A stretch of 58,556 nt of DNA, taken from a virus. Lineage: Duplodnaviria; Caudoviricetes. A program made the position numbers and the translations under genes. Location of the stretch: IMG/VR virus record IMGVR_UViG_3300042363_000211, positions 1 through 58,556 of that record. One strand, given 5' to 3'. Positions within the stretch are counted from its first letter, which is position 1, and each line of letters starts with the position of its first letter. Below, piece after piece: positions 47,463 through 57,100 of this stretch. Below the pieces are notes generated by a model. It saw only the letters and a program-made list of their open reading frames with translations, ran no database searches and was not told the DNA's origin.

Positions 47463-47758
47463 CACACCCACGTACGAATGTACTTCTCCGCAATCCTTGC
47501 GTTTCTACCTGTCATCTCCATTGACGAACAACCAGAGAACCGGTTATTCCAACTGTCAACATAGTCGTAGTAGAACTCTTCAGCCTCCTCTGGATCAAGA
47601 GATAAAGAGTTGCCGTTTAGCACCCCAAGTTTGCTCTTGTACGGCGACCCAGCGGGAGCATGGAACCTAAGCATTCCGTTCCTGAGAGTAATCATCGCAA
47701 TCGGTTTATCGTCTGACCCAACATCGGTGTTGTATACCAGGGCAACCATGTCTTTCAT
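47462..47758 (-). CDS. Small hypothetical protein between the giant ORFs
   Basis: 98 aa; start and stop overlap both neighbours. Confidence 0.65.
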   Translation of the reverse strand: MKDMVALVYNTDVGSDDKPIAMITLRNGMLRFHAPAGSPYKSKLGVLNGNSLSLDPEEAEEFYYDYVDSWNNRFSGCSSMEMTGRNARIAEKYIRTWV

Positions 47759-48189
47759 AGCGAGTCCTTCATTGCGAGAGAGTTAAGGAAAGCAGCCATT
47801 GTCTCTGATTCTGATCCTATAGCCCATTCGGAATCCTCAATCACCAAAGGTCTAATCAATGAATCTTTGTCTCTGTCTAGAGTGTCAATGATGATTCCTG
47901 AGTCAATCTTGTTCAGTGACGCAGGTTTCAGAATCAAATAAGGAAGATCTAACGGAGCTAAAGAAATAACACCTTGTCCGTTCTCGTCCACTAATGATCC
48001 AGACATAATCACCATTCTTGCCGTGGGATCGTTGAGATAGGAGTGAACCATCGGCCTGTCCGTGCCGAACATTTGTATTTCTTCTTCGTCAGGATCGTCT
48101 GACTTTGATGTGGTTGGCCATGGGGCGACCTTCTCGTACTCCGACACAAGGTCGGCGAACTCCATCACTCTCTTTGATTCACTAGCCAT
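47755..48189 (-). CDS. Small acidic hypothetical protein after the giant ORF
   Basis: 144 aa; starts 2 nt after the giant ORF's stop codon. Confidence 0.65.
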   Translation of the reverse strand: MASESKRVMEFADLVSEYEKVAPWPTTSKSDDPDEEEIQMFGTDRPMVHSYLNDPTARMVIMSGSLVDENGQGVISLAPLDLPYLILKPASLNKIDSGIIIDTLDRDKDSLIRPLVIEDSEWAIGSESETMAAFLNSLAMKDSL

Positions 48190-48191
48190 GA

Positions 48192-51100
48192 TTACGCCAC
48201 CGTCTTTCCTGGTACATCAATCTCCGCACCGTTAAAGAAGGTATTGTAAACAGTCACTGCAGCGTTCTTCCCAATCAGTTGCTCTAAGCCTAAATTGCTA
48301 AGAACACGATAGTTTCCAGCTGCATCCCTAACGACATGGAACTTGACATCAGCATTCTCTGAGGCGGCCTTCAATGCGCGCTTCTTTGCTGTGGTCACAT
48401 TAGGAGTCTTCTTCAACCCCTTGTCACCCCAGTAGAAATAAGCGGAATTAAGATTTGTTGGTATGTCGCCTGGAAGTACAACCAATTCTTCTGTTGGCTT
48501 ATTGAGAGAAGACTTTGACGCAACGCTGAATCCGTGAAGCGAACTGCTTGAGAAATTAGGGCCAAGCATCTTTCTTGCGCCGTCAGGAGACGCAATGAAG
48601 AAGTCCTCTACGGGGATGCCGTTAATTTCATCAATACCTTGGTCTTTGTAAATCTTGATGAGGTTCAACCTTCTGTTTGCGGAGTATCCACCATTTAGAA
48701 CGACACCCTTCATCTTGTCTAGTGTCGCCGCACCATCAGGAAGGAACTCGAAAGTTTCTTTCTTACTCATGTTGCCAACAGATGTCTTAGAGGAAACCGA
48801 GTTAATCCTTCCACTATCAGGGTTGATTACGCCGAATGGGCCATCATGAGGACCATGTGCCCACCATCCGATATCTCGGAGCATTGCTTCACCATCAAAG
48901 ATGACATCGGTTCCACGGGTGGTCCATACATCCTTGTGCTTCCCAGTAGTAGCCACAGGGGTCATGAATACTCCCTTGCCACCGCCGGTACCAAGATCTT
49001 CTTGTGCCGAGGCTCCACCGCCACCGCCACCAACCGATGTTCCACCAAGACCGAATCCTGCTGTTACCTGATCAGCCTTACTTAGTACTCCACCAGAAGT
49101 AATCATGCGCGTAATGTTTGCCTCATCGGCGTATGCGTTCATCGTCTTAATCATCACATGACCAGATTCTTTGAGACCAGGGTTGTTGGTCTGCACTCGA
49201 GCCCATGCTTCGTCACTAAGCCTGAACCTCATGCGACCCATAGAGTCAAAGTAAGGCTCAAGATCGTTGACCGTTAGTCCTTGCTCTGAAGCAACTCTTG
49301 CTAGTCGCGTTCCGAGTGGTTCTTTCATCTTTGTTGGATCAAACCCATCGTATGTCCTCACCAACAGTTCGGCAGCCTGTGCTTTCCATTGGTCATCAGC
49401 TGTGTAACCAGAATCCTTGATGCCTATCTTTGCAAGAACATCATGTACCTGTTGAGGGGTTGGTGCCGTGTCGCCTGCGAAATGAACCTGCACAGTACCT
49501 GCCGTTGAGTACGCACTTCCTGCGGTTCCTGTATTGACGATGATTACATGTCCCTCTTCAGTCTTTGCGATGATATGAGCCGAGGCGGTATCTCCAGCAG
49601 TTCCACCGATTTCCGTCAAATTAGAGTTGTAACCGTTGGGGTCTCCAAGATCAGCAGTGCGTGGATCCGCTTTGAGAACTCCGTTATCCGTCCTGAAGAA
49701 CTTATGTTGTCCTCCGATAGACAGGATTTCAACACCTGAACCAGAGGCATCAATCTTTGCTGCCAAGGAAGCCGCTAAAGCCTTTGCCTCATTGTCATCA
49801 ATAGCCAGTGTCATTGTTGTCAGGTTTGGGGCACCGCCGGCTACTGGTGTTACATGGATTCTTGCCCCGCCCTTGACCTGTCCGCCACCGATTGAAACAT
49901 AATGATGGCTTCCGACATTTGCCTGTGCAGCTTCAAGTGCCGAAGTGACCGTCTTTGCATTCGGAAGAGCTGGAGCGTTTCCGAACGCTTCTTCACCAGC
50001 AATCGGTTCAGCCTTCGTCATCTTGGAAACCGTTTGACCAGGTGAAGTTACTTTCTTCGGAGTCTTTGACGCCTTGAGTAGACCAGTACCGACTTCGTTC
50101 TCAACCGTCTGACGTGCAGTAGCAATTTCTTCGTCGGACATTCCGAGTTCTTTCAGCATTGGATCAACATACGAGGCAATCCTTGCTTTCTTCTCATCAA
50201 GCCTTTGTGCTGATTTCCTGACAGTTGCTGCGTTTGCGCCGGAAAGGTTCTGACCAGAAATCAACTTCTCCGCTTCTTCTGCGTAATCAGTTGTCTCTGC
50301 GCGATGAACAGCGTGAAGTACTGCCTCAGCGAAACGTTGCTTGCGTTCTGGGGTCGTCATTGACTCCTTGGCAAGTTTCCATGTTCCATCACCATCAAGA
50401 CCCGTAAACATGAAACCAAGCTTGTCTTCGGTTGCTTGAGAGTTTGCACCCTTCGGCATCTTGTTGCCGTCTTTGTCAAAGAACTTGTGTTGCTTGAAAT
50501 CACCGAAAGCGTTACCGTGGTCAATTGGGTGGTATTGAACCGTTCCATCTGGGTTCTCAACAGCAATCCAGTTATGACCTTGCCTGTCGTAGTACCTAAA
50601 CATTGAGTCCATGACGACTCCGCCTGCAAGCGACTCTGGAGTAAGCCTTGAGATAACCTCTTCGCGCTCAGCTTTAGGCATATCCCTGACATGGCCAAGG
50701 TTCTTACCTTCGTAAAGCATCTCTGAAGACTCAAGAAGAACGCTGAACTGTTCGGATTCAGGGTTGGAATCTGGATGCGAGTATTGGGCATACTTATTTG
50801 GTGCAGTAAAGATGACGCTTGCCGTACGACCACCAGACGATGGGAAACCAAGGGTCTGCATGACTTGGTTGCCGAATAGTTCGCGTGCTCCTTCTTGGTC
50901 GTTCCTCGTGGCTGACTTGAGAACAAATGTATGTCCCGTAGCGGTATCAAGGAAACGATGAGTCTTCTTCTTCTCGTCGGGAGCGTACGAGTCGTTGTAT
51001 CCAGATGCCTTTGAGAGGAACTTGAAACGCCCACTCTTTCCGGCTCCTTCACGGTGCTGCCAAATTGCTTCAAGAAGCAAGTCGTTAGGAACGTCTGCAA

Positions 51101-54100
51101 GGCTTCCGCCCGTCGCAATGAAGTCATCAAGTTTGGCTGCTTCCGTTGCAATCAGTTCGTCACTTGCGTCCGTTGGAAGACCAGAAGGAACGAACTTTCC
51201 AATTGCTACTCCGTTCGGGGCTGATACACCAAGGTTCTCAATTCCTGCGTATCCCTCCTTAACCTTCGGCATGCCTGGCGAAGTCATCAAGTCCATGACA
51301 TCGGTTGCGTCAGCAATAGGAATGCTTCCTGGTACTGCGTTAGTGAATATCGCTTCGGGAGCCGCCATGTTGGCGTTGATGGCTTCCTCCATGTCAATCA
51401 CGGCGTACTTGTCGTCTGAAATCTTAAAGATTCCAAGTTGTTGACCCTGTTTCAGAATCGGGGCAATTGCTGTTGCAACATCAGCAGCCTGCTGAACGCT
51501 AGGTGAGTTCTCATGGAATACTGACCCCTGCTTCAGGAAACGTTCTTCTCCGTCAACGATAAGCACGGTCTTGCCTGCATATTTCTTGTCCTTGAACTGA
51601 GAAGCAATTTCTTTGATTTGTTTCTCTGTTCCAATAGAAGCCTTCATCTTCTGCTTTGCCGAGATGTAATCAGTAATATGTTCAGCAGTTGACTTGTCGC
51701 CAAGCACGCCGCTATTCAAAGCTTCTGCGGCTTCTTCCATCATCTTCTTAGCGATGTTGGCTTGTTCTGTAGCATCGTTAATTGCTGGCAATAAATCTTT
51801 CGGATCGTTGTACACGCCAGCAAGAAGGTTCTTGTTAACCTCAGCAACGGTTTCCATTGAGTCAAGGTTGTAGGCGGCGTTATTTGCAAGCCATGCCTTT
51901 GCTGCCTGGCGGCGAATGAGAGTACTGCGCATCTTCGTTACGAAGCTGTCGTGATCAAGACCCTTCTCGGTAAATGCGGCCTTGATTTCGTCTTCTGACA
52001 TCTTTGATATGTCTTTACCATCAAAGACCATGTCAAATTGCTTCTTCATGTCAGCCAAACGAACGTTTGCTTCTTCCAACTTCTTGCTTGCGAGGGAAGA
52101 CCCACCACCGTCAAGTTTCTCTGCCCAATTATTCGCAACAGCAAATGTGGCAGCAGCATCAATTCCTTCTGCTTCCATCCAGTCGTTGTCGTCTGGATTG
52201 CTCAGCACTTTGCCGATCGTCTTGGATGAATCCGATGTCATTTCACCGACATAGTCCGTGTACGAACCTGAAGAATCAAATCCCCCAATCTTCTGGAAGA
52301 TTGCTGGATACTTATCTGCAAGGAGGATATTAGATCCCTTTATTCTCAGAATTACTGGATCAGCATCGCCAAACTTGACAGAGTAGAAAGCCATTTCTTC
52401 ATCAGGGCCTTTGCCGTTGTTGATTTCAACCTGAACCTGCTCAACATAGTGAGCGATATTCTGTCTTGACTCTTCGTTGTCAAGACCAAGAAGGTCGGAA
52501 GTTGAAGATATAAGTCCAGAGTTCTGAAGTGCGTATGCGTTTGGAAATCCATCCAATGTCATTGCTGGCTGATTCATCCAAGCAGTGACTACGTCAAGTT
52601 TCTCTGATTCCGTGAGGTCAACGAAGTCGTTTGGAAGCTTGCCTGTGCCAACTTCACTTCCAGCCCATGTTGACCACACAGGCTTAATGTCGCGAATAAC
52701 AGCAAACTGATCCTGCTGTTCTCCCGTGAGGGCTTTCCATTCACTTCTCTTGACGACATGGAATAATCCATCTGAGTCCTTAACGACCACGCCACCATTT
52801 GATCCAAACTTCTCGTAGAAGTCTTTGTCGAAAGTCTTACCAGCATCTGTCGAGTAGAGGTTGATGTTGTCAAAGTTCTTACTGCTTGAATCCATGAACG
52901 CATGTTCAAACGGGTTGACAATATCGTTAATGAGGGAGTATTCGTCAGAAGTACTTAACGATGCCTTCTCAAAGAGTGGAGAACCTTCAGAAGGAGTGAA
53001 GTCACCCTTGACCCATTGTGTAGCAATACTTCCACCGATGACCCCAGCAGGAATTGGATTGCCATCGGAGTCCTTGCCGTCGTAGGAGTACATATGCGGA
53101 ACCGTTTCCTGCCATGCCCCTAGTTCGTCGTTCTTCGTGAACTTCTCATCAACCCAGTATCCAACCTTGGAGTCATCGTTCTCGAAATAATGGAGGATGC
53201 CAGTCTTACCCTTGAACTTGGGCGCATTGCCGTCGTTGACTTCTTGGTTTGCTTTCTCCCAGTCAGAAACAACACCGAGGATTGCTCCTTCTGGTGCTGC
53301 GTCAATGAACGCCTGGTTGATCTTTCCACCACCAGCTTTGACTTCTTCAATCTGGGCAGATACAGCAGACGCGCTGGTGTTCTGAATCTTCGGTGCTTCT
53401 GGTTCTGGAGGATTGACAGACTCTTCAATCTTCTTAATGTCCTCAGCGACTTGCTTCTTCGTCTGCTTCTTCGTGCCAATCTTTGCAAGAGCTGCTTTCT
53501 TAAAGTCCACTTCGGAGTTAGAAAGACTCTTGATAATACCCTTCTGTGCGGACGGCCCGAGATGGTTGAACCGGTCTATGGCTGTCATGTCGGGAGCGTT
53601 CTCTGACGAGTATGAACCGTCCCTTGTCAGAACATCAAAGTTGTGCAGATGGGTTCTGAGAGCAGCAATTTCACCAATGTCGTCACCGTTCTCAACCTTG
53701 GAACGTAATTTCTCAACAAGAGACTTCCTGAGTGCTCTTTCTCCCGCTACTGACTTGACCACCCATTGTTCACCAGTCTCACCATCTGGAAGGTTTGTCT
53801 CTTCAAGATAAAGAAGACTTGTGTCTGCGATGCCGGACTTTCCTAGATAGTCAATGAGGTTGTCTTTGGCGGCACCAAGTTCCGTGGAGATAACTAGTTC
53901 TGTTGCATTATCTTTGTCGGCAGCATCAATCTGCTTGCTCGTCTTGAAAGGTACTGGCGAGTCTGGGCTTACTTTCTTCGGATTGTTCTGTGCGTAATCA
54001 AAGTCTTCAAGTAATTTCTTCTTGAGCAAATCACCTTTCTCGTTGATGATGTTCTTTATCGCTTCGTAATCAAGGGCTTTCTTGGCTTTATCTAGCTTGG

Positions 54101-57100
54101 CATCAAGTTCACCAATGACTGACTCGTAATGTATGTCCCTTTCCGCTTGGGACATGGATGCGGTTTCTTTGACCGATACGGACTTCGGAAGGTTCTGTGG
54201 CGAGAATAAATCTTCACCACTGATCTTGTAGCCGATTTCTTCCGCCAGTTTCTCTCTGGTGTAATCAATGTCAAGCATTAGTGATTGAAGTTCGTTAACC
54301 TTGCCAGTCTCGTCGTCAATCTTCAAGTCAGAAATGTAATCAGTCAGCTGCTTTCTCAGGTCATCCAACGCTTGAAGCTTCTGTTCATCGCTCAAAGTTG
54401 AATCAGAAATCTCGTTGAAGATATTCTCCGCGTTGACTATGTTGTAAATCTTCTTGTCTGAGTCCAGATACCAAGAACCCTTGAATCCGGATGTATCAAA
54501 TGCGTTCTCAAAGTCTTCCAACGCGGCATCAAGATAGTCAAGCTGCTCTGTTACGAGGTCGCCCAACGGGCCATCTTTGCCAAGGCTCTCAAGTTCGTAC
54601 TTGATGGTTGCGTGCTGGTTAAGCCAGTCTGCTTTCTGAGATTCCGTCCAGTTGGCTACATCGGTGTCTTGGAAGTTGTCAATCAGATTGGCGACGTTGT
54701 TTGTCTCCATATCCAATTTCGGAGCAATCTCCATAGCTTTCTCTGTATCAAGATTGAGAGAGAGTTGTTCAATTTCCTTGTAGACATCATTTGAGGCAGC
54801 ATCCATCTCTGCCGCCTTGTCAATTTCCTCATCAATCTTTAGATCGCTTGAGTACTTGTCAATTTCGTACTTGAGATCCCAGAGATCATTCATCTTGTCG
54901 ATGGTGTCTTTGTCGGAACCAAGGATTTCCTTCACCGTGTTCTTGTAGCCAGAAAGAGCAGACCCGGTTGGAGACTCTTTCTCTTCGGTGCCCATCGCCT
55001 TGATCTTCTTCTTGGCTGCAAGACCATAAGTCTTGGCGGCATTCTTGAAGTCTTTAGGGGTCAATCCAGTAATGGCTTCTGTTTCTAGAAGCCGAATAAA
55101 CACCTCGGCTGCGTCCATCTCGGCAGGATCTTCTGACCCCAACATCCTCTCAGCGAGAGCGTCCATGAGTTTGAGCTTGTCGTAACCGTCGTACTTACCG
55201 CCAGGCTTGAGGTCGTCGGCGATTTCCTTCATCTGCGATTCAACATCCTTGAAGTGACTCTTCGCCTCTTCGCGCACCGTTGTGCCGTTCATGTCGGCTA
55301 TATCTTGCCCTTTACCGTCCACCCATGCGTCAAGACTAAGGTCGGGACCCAAATCGGTCATCGGATCCATAACAGCACCTGTTGCTGGGTTGAACCATGT
55401 GGGGTTCTCGTCCTTGCCAAGAGGTTTGTTATTCTTGACGGACTTCTTGGTTTCAAAGTACTTACTGGCCTTAGCGAAAGAATTAGACAGTAGGAGGCTT
55501 CTAGCGTGAGCATCAAGATACTTGTCAAGGTTCTCCTGATTCGGAATAGCCGTGTACATCGCCACCGAAGCTTGATAATCCTTCTCCGCTTTCTTGCGAT
55601 CAGCAATCCACTTCTTGCTGTCAAACGAACCGTCAGGCTTCGTGTAAGCCTCGTAGTTAGCGCCAACGCTGTCTTTGAACTTCTTAGCTGCCACGGTCTC
55701 AAGTGCAGTCATTTCTTTGGTGAAACGCTTTGGAAGACCAGTACTTTCAAGCACGTCGCCAGCATCTACAACTTCCTTAGATGCACTCCTCTTCATGCCG
55801 TATGTTTCGGCCATCTCTTTGAGGGTTTCAACACTAACAATGTACGGAGGCTGAGTAGACCCAGAAGGAATTGGCTCTACTGAACCGTCTGTCTCGAAAC
55901 CATCAAGTTTCTCGTACCAAGCATCAACCAATTTCTGGTCAGGCTTAGGCTTACTCTTCCCGTCCCATGAAGGCCCGTACAAACCTTGAAGCATTGCATC
56001 AAGTTCATCCTTGAGTGAATCATGCTCTTTGAGAGAAAGTTTCTTCTTCTCAACCTTGGACTTATCAAGTTCGGCCTTGAAGAACTCGTCTACGACATCC
56101 TGAATATCTTTGCCTGTGCCAATGGTTAAATCAATGATTGCAATGTTGTTTCGTATACCTACAAGTTCGTCTTCATAATCGTTGTAGGCACCGAAAGCCT
56201 GTATCTCCATCGGAGTCAAAGACTCAAGTTCGGCAAGAGCCTTCTCAAAGACCTTCTTGTACTCGGTTAGTTCTTTGTCGGAGTAAACACCCGCCATTGA
56301 GGCATTAAGAGATTCAGCATCCGCCAAGGTAGACAGCTTCGCTTCCAAGGCGTCGTCAAGTTCCTTCTTAGTAGGAACCTTCTCCATCGTCTTTAGGTAC
56401 GAACCATTGATCTTGGCAAGCTCTTCCCGGAGGATGTCAACAACCTTGTTCTGTTCATACGAATCAAGAATGTCGTCCAATTCAGCAATAGACATCTCAA
56501 ACGAGTCTTTGTCTCCGTTGGTCCATTCGGATGATGGTTTGGTCAAATCTTCTTTGAGTATCGCCATTGCGAACTGGATTTGCCCGCTCTGCCCTGTCGT
56601 AATCTTCTTTGGCTTGGATTGTTTCTCAGGCTTGATTCCGTCTTGGGTGTTTGTCTCGGCGGCCTTTATCTTCTCGTCAAGGATCTTGATGTACTTATTA
56701 GCCCAGTCAACGGCAGGACCTTCTTTGCCAATTGAATCACGCATATCCTTCCAGGCTTCGCGTACCTTCTTGAGTGTTGCGGCATCGCCGTCTGTGGACA
56801 GTTTGTCCCACGACGACTCGGGGTGTTTACCGATCAACGGCCAGTTCTTCAGGTTTGGTATTTCCTGCGGGCCACCTGTCCATGTGGGGGATTCATCTAC
56901 AATCTTACCCTTGTCTGCATTTGGGGTTGCGTCTTCTTTCGGCTTGAAAGCTGGTGCAGGCTTGAAGTACTTCTGGTCGGATGTGTAAACAGGCTTAATA
57001 CCCATTGCATCAAGACGATCTTGATCCACAACCCTGAAACCTTGATCCGTCTCAACGACGTGATACAGACTGCCATCAGCAGAAGAAAGTTCGTTGGCGC

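Noticed and set aside
50357-51151. 264-aa alternative-frame ORF over the kinase domain
   Set aside because: Ser/Leu/Thr/Arg-rich off-frame composition, no recognisable motif and no clear RBS, unlike the MTase overprint.
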